A stretch of 64,000 nt of DNA from Candidatus Woesearchaeota archaeon (lineage in GTDB: Archaea; Nanobdellota; Nanobdellia; Pacearchaeales; GW2011-AR1). Under the pieces are notes generated by a model that was given only the letters and a program-made list of their open reading frames with translations, had not been told where the DNA came from and searched no databases. The position numbers and the translations under genes are program-made. The DNA is taken from assembly GCA_964418095.1 (NCBI GenBank), contig CAYQKM010000001.1, positions 4,173-68,172 of the forward strand. The letters run 5' to 3'. Positions 1 through 8,976 of this stretch are shown here, piece after piece; positions within the stretch are counted from its first letter, which is position 1, and the number at the start of each line of letters is the position of its first letter.

Positions 1-1542
1 CTCTTACAAATATTAAATAAAAGAGAACTTGAATTAGAAAAAACCTCCTTTTCCAATGAAAAAGAAATAGAAAAAGAGAAAAAAATAACAGAAACAATTT
101 CTAAGATGGATATTTGTCCATTATGCAAGAACAAAATAACTAAAAGCCATATAGAAAGCATACACAGAGAAATATTCCCTAAAATAAATTCACTCACAAA
201 AGAACTTGAAGATTCAGATAAAGAACTCTCTCAAATAGGATTTAAAAAAGAAATCCTCTCACAAGAAATAGAAAATCTTAGTTCAGAAGTTTCAAAAAGA
301 GACTTGGATTTATTAAAGATATCTAATATAAATGAAAAGAAAAACGCAATTAAGCTGCTTAATGATAAAATAATAATCTCAAAAAACGCACTATCTGAAA
401 TAGAGAAATTAAAAATTAAATTAGAAAAAGAATTAGATGAAAATTCTAATGTTGAGCAAAAATATGAAACAGCGAGAATAGAATTGCAGGAAATCTCATT
501 AAGGACAAAGGAAAACATAAACTCAGAAATCTCTTTTAAAAAGAAAGAGTACGAGCGTGTAAAGATTTCTTTAAAACAAATATCTAGAGAAGAAGAAGAT
601 GTAAAAGAAGAACTTAAGAATTTTAAAATAAAATTTGATGAAAGAGAAAATTCACTTGATAAGAAGAAGAAACAAGAAGAAGAATTAGTAAAGAAGTTCC
701 AAACAATGATAACTAATAGAGATGCCCTTCAATCTAAAATAAGAAAAGACGAGCAAGAACTCTCAATAAAAAAGAATTTTGTATATAATATTGAACAAGA
801 AATAAACAATACTAAGATAGATCAAGCAAGAATAAATGCTGAAATAGAGAACCTTGAAATAGAAATGCTTAATTTCCCAAATATTGAATTGATAAAAGGT
901 TCACGAGAATCATTATTTGAAAGATTAACTAAACTACAAGAGTCATTTTCACAAATTGGTCCAGTAAACCTGCTTTCAGTTGAGACTTATGATGAAATAA
1001 AAAAAGAATATGACACAGTAAATGAAAAAGCAAATAGCATAACTAAAGAAAAGGAAAGCATCTTAAAAATAATCCATGATATTGACATTAAAAAGAAAAA
1101 AGCATTCATAAAAACACTTAATGAATTAAATCAAATTTTCTCTAGAAATTTTACGCAAATTAGTGTTAAAGGACAGGTTTCTTTAGAACTTGAAAATCCT
1201 AAAGAGCCATTTGAAGGCGGAGTAGGAATATTAGTAAAGACAGGTCATGGTAAATATTTTGATGTGACCTCTCTTTCAGGAGGAGAACAAACAATGGTTG
1301 CACTCTCACTTATCTTTGCAATACAAGAACTTAACCCCTATTGCTTTTACATCTTAGATGAAATAGATGCAGCCCTTGATAAGAGAAACTCAGAGAGATT
1401 AGGAAACCTTTTAAGAAAATATATGCAAAAAGGACAATATATTGTAATTACCCACAATGACGAGGTTATAACAAATGCAACAAACCTCTATGGTATTTCA
1501 ATGCATGAAGGAATATCTAAAGTTGTGAGTTTAAGAGTTTAG
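1..1542 (+). CDS. smc: Chromosome segregation protein SMC, C-terminal part (5'-truncated by window)
   Basis: Long coiled coil, GPVN motif, signature LSGGEQ, Walker B/D-loop ILDEIDAALD, ITH motif. Confidence 0.95.
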   Translation, partial: LLQILNKRELELEKTSFSNEKEIEKEKKITETISKMDICPLCKNKITKSHIESIHREIFPKINSLTKELEDSDKELSQIGFKKEILSQEIENLSSEVSKRDLDLLKISNINEKKNAIKLLNDKIIISKNALSEIEKLKIKLEKELDENSNVEQKYETARIELQEISLRTKENINSEISFKKKEYERVKISLKQISREEEDVKEELKNFKIKFDERENSLDKKKKQEEELVKKFQTMITNRDALQSKIRKDEQELSIKKNFVYNIEQEINNTKIDQARINAEIENLEIEMLNFPNIELIKGSRESLFERLTKLQESFSQIGPVNLLSVETYDEIKKEYDTVNEKANSITKEKESILKIIHDIDIKKKKAFIKTLNELNQIFSRNFTQISVKGQVSLELENPKEPFEGGVGILVKTGHGKYFDVTSLSGGEQTMVALSLIFAIQELNPYCFYILDEIDAALDKRNSERLGNLLRKYMQKGQYIVITHNDEVITNATNLYGISMHEGISKVVSLRV

Positions 1543-1649
1543 CTTCATACACCTGTGTTTCAATAAACACTTATTCACAGGATACAAATCCACACAGTGA
1601 TTTGCATAATGCATGAAGGAATATCTAAAGTTGTGAGTTTAAGAGTTTA
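1500..1649 (+). repeat. 42-bp direct repeat of the smc 3' end (1500-1541 and 1608-1649)
   Basis: AATGCATGAAGGAATATCTAAAGTTGTGAGTTTAAGAGTTTA present twice; GTTTAGCTTCATACAC also at 1537-1552 and 1665-1680. Confidence 0.95.
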
Positions 1650-1724
1650 AAACAGATTTTAATGGTTTAGCTTCATACACTCTTTTTTCAAAACAATTAA
1701 ATAAAAGTGATACCTTCATATTAT

Positions 1725-2333
1725 ATGGATCGTGAGGGTTTAATTAAGAGTTTAAAGGCTAAGGGTTTTAGAGATAATATAATCCAAGCATTTTGTAATG
1801 TTAAAAGAGAGGACTTTGTAAGCGAAGGTTTTCAAAGCCTAGCTTATGATGACATTGCCTTGCCAATTTCTAATGAACAGACAATTTCACAACCCTCCAC
1901 AATTGCTTTAGCCCTCCAACTCCTTAAGTTAAGAGAAAACCAAAAAGTCCTTGAAATAGGCTCTGGCTGCGGATACACTCTAGCACTTATTGCAGAAATA
2001 ATTGGAGAACAAGGTAAAGCTTATGGTGTAGAAATTATAAAAGAGTTAGCTGAAAAATCAATTAAAAATTTAAAGAAATACTCAAACACTCAAATAAATA
2101 ATCAAAGCGGAAAAGAAAAGCACACTGATTCTCCTTTTAACAGGATTTTAATTAGTGCAGCAATTTCAGAAATTCCTCACGAAATACTTGACCAATTATC
2201 AGAAAATGGAATAATTGTAGCCCCAATTGGCTCAGGATTTTTGCAGACACTCACTTCAATACGAAAAATTTCAGGAAAATACATTGTAGAAAAAGAAATA
2301 CCTGGATTTATGTTTGTAAGATTTATTGAATAA
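1725..2333 (+). CDS. pcm: Protein-L-isoaspartate O-methyltransferase
   Basis: AYDD.ALPI, QTISQP, VLEIGSGCGY SAM motif, FVRF C-terminus; ATG at 1725 preferred over GTG 1707. Confidence 0.93.
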   Translation: MDREGLIKSLKAKGFRDNIIQAFCNVKREDFVSEGFQSLAYDDIALPISNEQTISQPSTIALALQLLKLRENQKVLEIGSGCGYTLALIAEIIGEQGKAYGVEIIKELAEKSIKNLKKYSNTQINNQSGKEKHTDSPFNRILISAAISEIPHEILDQLSENGIIVAPIGSGFLQTLTSIRKISGKYIVEKEIPGFMFVRFIE

Positions 2334-2394
2334 TTCTCTAATTAACTTACTAAATAACACCAATTTTTTATAGCTTAATAAAATTTAATTTTAA

Positions 2395-2441
2395 AATAAA
2401 AAAAGGAGAAAGACTAAATAAAAAAATAAAAAAATAAAAAA
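2395..2441 (-). terminator. U-rich tract downstream of S-layer-like gene
   Basis: Long A-runs on + strand between convergent genes. Confidence 0.5.
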
Positions 2442-2447
2442 GGGATT

Positions 2448-3704
2448 TTAGTAGTAACTTTCTCCAAATTCTTCAGTTTTTTGTGGTTTTTTACCTATTA
2501 GTACAATCAATACTACTAGCAATACTAAAAAGATTATTGCTAACACAACTGTTAATACAACAATTGGGTTAATTGCTTTTCCTTCTGCATCCAATTTAAG
2601 AGTTACTTTTTCTACAAGCTTATCATTAGAAAGTACATTCACATTGAATGAATATTCTCCTTCTGACTTAGCTTTAGCAGTTATTTTAACTGTCTTACTT
2701 GAACCAGCTGGAACAGCAACAACAGCACTATCTACATTTGAAGAAACATCGTCATTTGATTCTACAATTATCTTGTATACAACTAAACTATCAGTTGGGT
2801 TTACAAGTAACATACTGTATTCAGCTTCTCCACCCACTGCAACTGTCTTTTTGTTGCTTGTTACAATAACACTTTCAGGCAAATTGTTTTTTATAGCAAT
2901 TTGTCTTACAAATGTTGATTTAACATCGTCGTTTTCAACAAAAACTTCAAGGTTATAGATACCTTCTTCAACTCCATATGGAATTTCTAGGTATATTCTA
3001 CCACTAGCTGTATCTTCCTCTTTACAGTTTTCAGTGCATGTTTCTTTAGCTACTAAATCACCAAAGTAAGCTGTTCTTTGAAGACCAATTGCTGGTATTC
3101 CAACAGTTACATAAACATCTTCCAAGTCATTATATCCTAAGTTTGTAACCAATATGTCAACAGGTATTGTTTTACCAACATTAACTGATTGAGCAACACT
3201 TATTGATTTAACAACTGGGTTGTATGAAGGTCTTTGAACTCTTACAGCAATATTTCCATATTCTGATTTGTAATCTGAATTCCAGATTCTTACAGAAAGA
3301 GTCATATCATCTGATAAGTCTTTTTTAAGTTCAGATAAAGCTTCAAGTTTCAAAGTTCTTGTATAAGTGTGTCCTGCTTCTACATCAAACGGACTTGTAG
3401 TAGCTTTAACACTATCCTTTTTACCTTCAAGCTCAGCTCTTACTACTATGTTTTTTGCACTTACTTCAGATGTAAAAGTTACTTTAACATTCATAGGCTC
3501 ACCAGCAATAACACTTGGGTTATTATTGATGTTCATACCATCTATTTCAATTGTAACACATCCTGCAACAGGATCACTAGATGGAGTAGATATGAGTGTT
3601 CCGCAACATTCACATTCAGTAGCATTTGTTGCACTAACTGTAGCAACTAAAAACAATGCTATTGCGATTGTACAAAGAGAAACCAAGATTTTCTTTGTAT
3701 TCAT
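2448..3704 (-). CDS. Secreted, C-terminally anchored Ig-like/CARDB-type surface (S-layer-like) protein
   Basis: N-terminal signal peptide, beta-rich repeats (VTNLGYNDLEDVYV), C-terminal TM followed by basic tail and EEFGESYY. Confidence 0.7.
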   Translation of the reverse strand: MNTKKILVSLCTIAIALFLVATVSATNATECECCGTLISTPSSDPVAGCVTIEIDGMNINNNPSVIAGEPMNVKVTFTSEVSAKNIVVRAELEGKKDSVKATTSPFDVEAGHTYTRTLKLEALSELKKDLSDDMTLSVRIWNSDYKSEYGNIAVRVQRPSYNPVVKSISVAQSVNVGKTIPVDILVTNLGYNDLEDVYVTVGIPAIGLQRTAYFGDLVAKETCTENCKEEDTASGRIYLEIPYGVEEGIYNLEVFVENDDVKSTFVRQIAIKNNLPESVIVTSNKKTVAVGGEAEYSMLLVNPTDSLVVYKIIVESNDDVSSNVDSAVVAVPAGSSKTVKITAKAKSEGEYSFNVNVLSNDKLVEKVTLKLDAEGKAINPIVVLTVVLAIIFLVLLVVLIVLIGKKPQKTEEFGESYY

Positions 3705-3955
3705 TTTTGCTCTCATTTTATTTAATTGCGTAGAAAGTTTTTTTCTACAATATTCTAGGAGTAGAGGCAGTTTATAAAGTTTACTATTGTAGTAATTTAA
3801 TAGTTACACCATAGTAACTAGATGTCAGTACATTCAGTGAACATTTCGAATATAATCAAATAAAAAATAAAACATCGTGTCACTTTATGTTACTCAATGT
3901 CATGAAAAACAAAAAACAAGATAAGGATTTCTCCTTACCTTGCACTATTATAAAA

Positions 3956-5113
3956 TTAAAAACTTAATAATTTAATATTGTTGCTTGTTGCAGCAAAATT
4001 TCTTGCAACAAGAACTTGACACCCTGCGTCTTCAGCTGAATCTATAACAGAACCTGTTACAGTTCCATCAAGAACAATTGCATAAGGTCTTTCATTCACT
4101 CTTCTTAAACTTCCACCAAATCCTCTTGAAGATATTTCTCTTATTTCTCTAAGAGATTCATCCAAAAGAATTGCTTTACCAGAATCTTCAATTTCTTTCA
4201 GAATCTTTTTCAGCTTTTCTTTTTCTTCATCATTCAATTCTTTGGTTCTTGAAGAGTTGTGAAAACTGTTTCCATTATTCTCTCTTCTTTGCATACCTTC
4301 TCTTTTAAGGTATTCACTTAATGGAACTTTCTTTCTTAAATTCATAAGAATTTCTTTTCCTGCAAGTTCTTCAACTTCTTTTCCATCAGGTGCAGTTACA
4401 ATGTAATCAACATCAGCATTGTCTGAGACATTTTGTATTATAAGCTTTCCACCTCTGTCTCCATCAACAAAAAGAGTTATTTCTTTCTCTTTTCCAAGTT
4501 CTCTTATTGCATTAGGCATTTTAGTGCCGTTCATAGCAATAACATTTGTAACACCAGCTCTTAAAAGATTAACAACATCTGCTCTTCCTTCAACAACAAT
4601 TATCTCTTTTCCAGAGATATTTCCGCATGGTAATTTTTCACTTCCATATTCTTGTATATTTGAAGTCTTTGCAGAATCTTTGATTTCATTTGAAATCTCT
4701 CTTGAGTCTGTAGAACCTTTGATTTCAGACATAAGTCTTTTAGCTCTTTCAAGAATATAGTCCCTCTTGCTTCCCCTCACATCTTCAATTCTTTCAATCT
4801 CAATCTGAGAGTCACTTGGACCTATTCTTTCTATTGTCTCAATTGCAGCAGCTATTAAAGTTGTTTCAGACTGGTCAAGAGCAGTAGGAATCTTTATTTT
4901 ACCCACAGTCATCTTGTCTCTTCTTTCCAAGTCAACTTCAATTCTTCCTATCTTTCCTTCTTTCTGCAATTCTCTCATTTCCAACTCAGCACCCAATAAA
5001 CCTTCTGTCTGCCCAAATATAGCTCCGATTACATCAGGTTTTTCCAAAGCACCTTCAGCTGTAAAATTCGCATGTATCATGTATTTTATTGATACTGGAC
5101 TTATTTTTGCCAT
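3956..5113 (-). CDS. dnaG: Archaeal DnaG-type primase (TOPRIM)
   Basis: DVIGAIFGQTEGLLG, GKIGRI, TOPRIM VVEGRADV and DGDRGG. Confidence 0.95.
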   Translation of the reverse strand: MAKISPVSIKYMIHANFTAEGALEKPDVIGAIFGQTEGLLGAELEMRELQKEGKIGRIEVDLERRDKMTVGKIKIPTALDQSETTLIAAAIETIERIGPSDSQIEIERIEDVRGSKRDYILERAKRLMSEIKGSTDSREISNEIKDSAKTSNIQEYGSEKLPCGNISGKEIIVVEGRADVVNLLRAGVTNVIAMNGTKMPNAIRELGKEKEITLFVDGDRGGKLIIQNVSDNADVDYIVTAPDGKEVEELAGKEILMNLRKKVPLSEYLKREGMQRRENNGNSFHNSSRTKELNDEEKEKLKKILKEIEDSGKAILLDESLREIREISSRGFGGSLRRVNERPYAIVLDGTVTGSVIDSAEDAGCQVLVARNFAATSNNIKLLSF

Positions 5114-5324
5114 TTTTTTCCTATTTATTTAATTAATTTGAAATCTAATGATTTCTAGAAAAATATCGATTTAGCTTTTATCAAGCATACACTTTTTAAT
5201 TAGTGACCTCTAATTCTAATCTCTTTGTTGATCTAAATCAAATCAGCATAAATTGGATTGAATGTGATGTGATACCGTGATAATAATTGAAAAACGATAC
5301 TTTTCAATTATACATTATCTTAGA

Positions 5325-5345
5325 TAGTTTAAAAGTTCTTCGGTT
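5325..5345 (-). promoter_or_regulatory. BRE-TATA promoter upstream of dnaG
   Basis: Minus strand AACCGAAGAACTTTTAAACTA, near-identical to elements before rps12 and rpoE1. Confidence 0.7.
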
Positions 5346-5419
5346 ATATTTTTTAAAGGGTTCTTCACTTAAAACCCAATTTACAAAGGTTTATAAAACA
5401 CACTTCCTCAAACCTTCTT

Positions 5420-5839
5420 ATGACAAATAATCTATCATTTGAAACACCTGAAAACAGATATAAATACGCAAGACTTTTAAGAGGAGAGTTTGAAAAGAAT
5501 AATCTAAACTACTGGTGGGTATCACCTTCAGTTAAAACAAATGAGATACTTATAACCCCAAGAGATTTTGGAGAGTGGCAAAAAGAAGCATATCCCCCAA
5601 TTTCTCGTATAAGTATTCAAATAAATCCAGAAGGAAAACCTAATTTTGGAGTTAGTGGATATAATTTCGCTAGAATAAGCTGCGAAAATCCAGAATTTCA
5701 GTCAAGAGGATATAATTGCCACCAGCACATAAAAAAGAGTGGTGTAAAAGGAAGGTGGTGGCTAATAAAGAAACTAAACTCTATTGAAGAAATTGTAACT
5801 GAATTTAAAGATATAGAACATCTTTTAAGGAAAAAATAA
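5420..5839 (+). CDS. Hypothetical protein
   Basis: 139-aa ORF with TTTATAAA about 25 bp upstream. Confidence 0.6.
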   Translation: MTNNLSFETPENRYKYARLLRGEFEKNNLNYWWVSPSVKTNEILITPRDFGEWQKEAYPPISRISIQINPEGKPNFGVSGYNFARISCENPEFQSRGYNCHQHIKKSGVKGRWWLIKKLNSIEEIVTEFKDIEHLLRKK

Positions 5840-5844
5840 TTCTT

Positions 5845-6081
5845 TTAGAAACTTCTTAATACAATGCTCCCTTTGTAAGCACTGCACTCTGTTTTACGAG
5901 AAACCTCAAATAAATTCTCAAGATTTTTTTTAGAATACCCATAACTTTCAAGGACTTCTTTAAGCAAACCAATTGCAATCTCAGATGATTCCTCTGCTAT
6001 GTAAGCAATTGACCTTTTGCCCTGCATATCTGTATAAACTAATTTATATACAGGATATTCATTCCCCTTAGTTTCTTTCAT
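5845..6081 (-). CDS. Hypothetical protein
   Basis: 78-aa ORF with upstream TTTTAAA. Confidence 0.55.
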   Translation of the reverse strand: MKETKGNEYPVYKLVYTDMQGKRSIAYIAEESSEIAIGLLKEVLESYGYSKKNLENLFEVSRKTECSAYKGSIVLRSF

Positions 6082-6135
6082 TTGCTAAGAAATATTATTT
6101 ATTTTAAAAAGTATGTTGTTCTAAAGAACTTACTT

Positions 6136-6696
6136 TTATCTAAATCTTCTATTATTCAAAACAGAGGATTCTCTAAACTTTCCTAATTGCTCATATAAAT
6201 TTAAGAGCTTATTTTTTATCTCTGTTTTTTCTGATTCACTTAATTTCATACTAAGAATTTTCTCATATACTTTAACAGCATTATTTCTTCTAGACTCTTT
6301 TTCAAATTGCTCTGCTTGCTCTTTGTAAAACTCTTTTATATTCTCATATATTTCTGACTTTTTAATTATTGAAACTTCTTCCATAGATCTTCTCATAACA
6401 GAGTCAGCCTCGTCAAATCTCCCATTTTGAATATGTGCCTTTATCTCATTTATAAGATATCCTAGTTTTTCTTGAGAAGAGAGAGATAATAAGGATAAAT
6501 TCCTATACATCTTTGCAACATCTCCATACATCTTTTTTGAAGTGTATATTTCAATGAGTTTAGTGAAAGCAAATTTCTTTTCATGTAGTGGAGGTTTTTG
6601 AGCTATAAATCTGTTTAGATAATCAATCTGAATAAAGTCTCCTTTTCCCTTAAGCTCTCTTTCAATTTCACTCTTACTCATTCCCTTTGTAAGCAT
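6136..6696 (-). CDS. TPR-like helical protein
   Basis: Repeating helical patterns (GRFDEA, AVKVYEK, YEQLGKFRES). Confidence 0.6.
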   Translation of the reverse strand: MLTKGMSKSEIERELKGKGDFIQIDYLNRFIAQKPPLHEKKFAFTKLIEIYTSKKMYGDVAKMYRNLSLLSLSSQEKLGYLINEIKAHIQNGRFDEADSVMRRSMEEVSIIKKSEIYENIKEFYKEQAEQFEKESRRNNAVKVYEKILSMKLSESEKTEIKNKLLNLYEQLGKFRESSVLNNRRFR

Positions 6697-6741
6697 AAAT
6701 ATTCTAATATTCTTGGGTTTTTAAGTATTGTTAATTTTACA

Positions 6742-6966
6742 CTATTTTTTGAGAAATTCACTTATTTTTTCATATTCTTCTAAACAACTATATGACCTAT
6801 AAGGATCATTTGACATTTCATATCCTTTTTCACAAGTTCCAACTTTATATCCAAATATTATTGCTTTTCTAATTAAATCTTTAGTAAACTCTTCTACTCC
6901 TTTATGGTTAAGAATATCTTCTAATTCTCTTCCCAGAATTTTTATTTCCTCAATATCTTCTGTCAT
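6742..6966 (-). CDS. Hypothetical protein
   Basis: 74-aa ORF, ATGA overlap with upstream ORF. Confidence 0.55.
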   Translation of the reverse strand: MTEDIEEIKILGRELEDILNHKGVEEFTKDLIRKAIIFGYKVGTCEKGYEMSNDPYRSYSCLEEYEKISEFLKK

Positions 6967-7370
6967 TTTGACTCACTTAAATCACTTATATCTTCCATAA
7001 TAGAGTAATTTTTCTTAAACATTAATTCTAATTTACCTTCTTCACCACCATGCTCTCTAATTCCTCCAAAAATACTCTTAAAATAAGAAGCATCTGCACC
7101 TTTACACAAAAATTTTAAAATATCGTATGTTTTCTCATCTACCTGAGTTCTATTTCTAAAATCTTTTTCAAATACTCCTCTTTTATAATCTTCAGCTAAT
7201 CTAACATACTTATCTACAAGGTCCCTAAAATGGATTGATTCATCTCTTTCAGCAAATACTTTTAGTGATTTTGCAAGTTTAATATAATCCACATTATTTA
7301 AATCCTTAACTTTTCTAAAACTTTCTAAAAATTCCCTTGCATCATTTACGCTATATCTTTTCCTTCCCAT
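6963..7370 (-). CDS. Hypothetical protein
   Basis: 135-aa ORF with upstream TTTAAA. Confidence 0.6.
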   Translation of the reverse strand: MGRKRYSVNDAREFLESFRKVKDLNNVDYIKLAKSLKVFAERDESIHFRDLVDKYVRLAEDYKRGVFEKDFRNRTQVDEKTYDILKFLCKGADASYFKSIFGGIREHGGEEGKLELMFKKNYSIMEDISDLSESK

Positions 7371-7546
7371 AAGATATATTCTTTAGAGTGCATTTAAATA
7401 CTTTGTTATAAATCTATACTATATTTCACTTTATTATAGATTTCTTATACTATCATAAAGATACTTTATTATAAAATAAAGAAATATCATTTTAAAATTG
7501 ATTATATATAATTATTTAGAATTTATTTTTATACAAAGAAATCACC

Positions 7547-8830
7547 TTACTTCTTTTTTACAATTTCTAAGCACATACCAGCAGCAACTGTTGCTCCAGC
7601 ATCTCTAACTGCGAATCTTCCCATAAATGGATTATCTTTAGCAGTTTCTAAGCATAAATTTCCTTGAGGTCTTATTCTAACTTTAGCAACATCTCCATTC
7701 TTTAAGAAGTCAGGATTTTGTTTTATAGCTTGTCCGGTTTTAGGGTCAATTTGTTCTATTAATTCTGTAAATTGACAAGGAACTTGAGCTGTGTGTATAT
7801 GGAATACTGGAGTATATCCTTTAGCTAACACTGTAGGGTGATTTATTACTGCAATTTGAGCAATAAACTCTTCAACTATTGGTATTGGAGAATTTGCCTC
7901 GCAGATAACATCTCCTCTAGCAATATCTTTTTTTCCTACGCCTCTAATATTAACACCTACATTCATACCAGCAGGAGCATCAGGTAAAGTTTCATGATGA
8001 GCTTCAATAGTCTTTATTTCACCTGGGATTCCAGTTCCAGTTCTTCCTGGAAGGATTATAACTTTCTGTCCAACTTTCATTATACCAGTTTCAACTTTTC
8101 CAACAGGAACAGTTCCAATTCCTGTAATTTCATATACATCCTGAACTGGCATTCTCATTGGTAAATTTGTTGGTAATTCTGGAGCAGGGAATAAATCTAT
8201 TTGTTCCACAATACTTGGTCCCTTATACCAAGGCATTTTATCTGTTTTCTTAAAAATATTATCTCCTTGCAATCCACTCACAGCCAAGAAAGGTGTGTTG
8301 TCAGGATTTATTCCAACTTGTTTTAATAATTTTCCTACATCTTCTTTAACTGCCTTGAATCTGTCTTCTTTGTATTCAACAGCATCCATTTTATTTACAG
8401 CAATAGCAAGATTCTTTACACCCATTGTTCTTAAAAGCCATAAGTGTTCTGTTGTTTGTGGTTGAACACCAGCAGGAGCAGCAATAACCAAGAAAGCAGC
8501 ATCTGCTTGTGAAGCACCAGTAATCATGTTCTTAACAAAGTCTCTGTGTCCAGGTGCATCAATGATTGTGATTTCATATTTTTGAGTAATTAATTTTTTA
8601 TAAGACAAATCAATTGTAACTCCTCTTTCTCTTTCTTCTTTAATATTATCCATTACATAAGCAAACTCAAATCCAGCTTTTCCATATTTTTGAGCTTCAG
8701 CTCTTAGTTTAGCCATTTCTTGTTCTGATACTGCTCCACCATCAAACATTAGTCTTCCTACTGTTGTTGATTTTCCAGCATCAACGTGTCCCACGAACAC
8801 TACATTCATTGTTGGTTTTTCTCTAGCCAT
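7547..8830 (-). CDS. tuf: Translation elongation factor EF-1alpha
   Basis: [29 protein letters not shown]. Confidence 0.98.
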   Translation of the reverse strand: MAREKPTMNVVFVGHVDAGKSTTVGRLMFDGGAVSEQEMAKLRAEAQKYGKAGFEFAYVMDNIKEERERGVTIDLSYKKLITQKYEITIIDAPGHRDFVKNMITGASQADAAFLVIAAPAGVQPQTTEHLWLLRTMGVKNLAIAVNKMDAVEYKEDRFKAVKEDVGKLLKQVGINPDNTPFLAVSGLQGDNIFKKTDKMPWYKGPSIVEQIDLFPAPELPTNLPMRMPVQDVYEITGIGTVPVGKVETGIMKVGQKVIILPGRTGTGIPGEIKTIEAHHETLPDAPAGMNVGVNIRGVGKKDIARGDVICEANSPIPIVEEFIAQIAVINHPTVLAKGYTPVFHIHTAQVPCQFTELIEQIDPKTGQAIKQNPDFLKNGDVAKVRIRPQGNLCLETAKDNPFMGRFAVRDAGATVAAGMCLEIVKKK

Positions 8831-8976
8831 TTTAGTACCTAATTTATCTAATAAAAAAGTAGGTTTATAAACTTTTTGTTTTGTTTATTCAACTATTCTT
8901 TTTTATTTTTATTATATTTTAAATTTCCCCTCGACAAAATTAAAATTATCTTTTTTTAGAAAAAATTAAAAATTAT

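Noticed and set aside
1500..1680. CRISPR-like repeat-spacer-repeat
   Set aside because: Only two copies, the repeat is smc coding sequence, spacer is 66 bp, no cas genes
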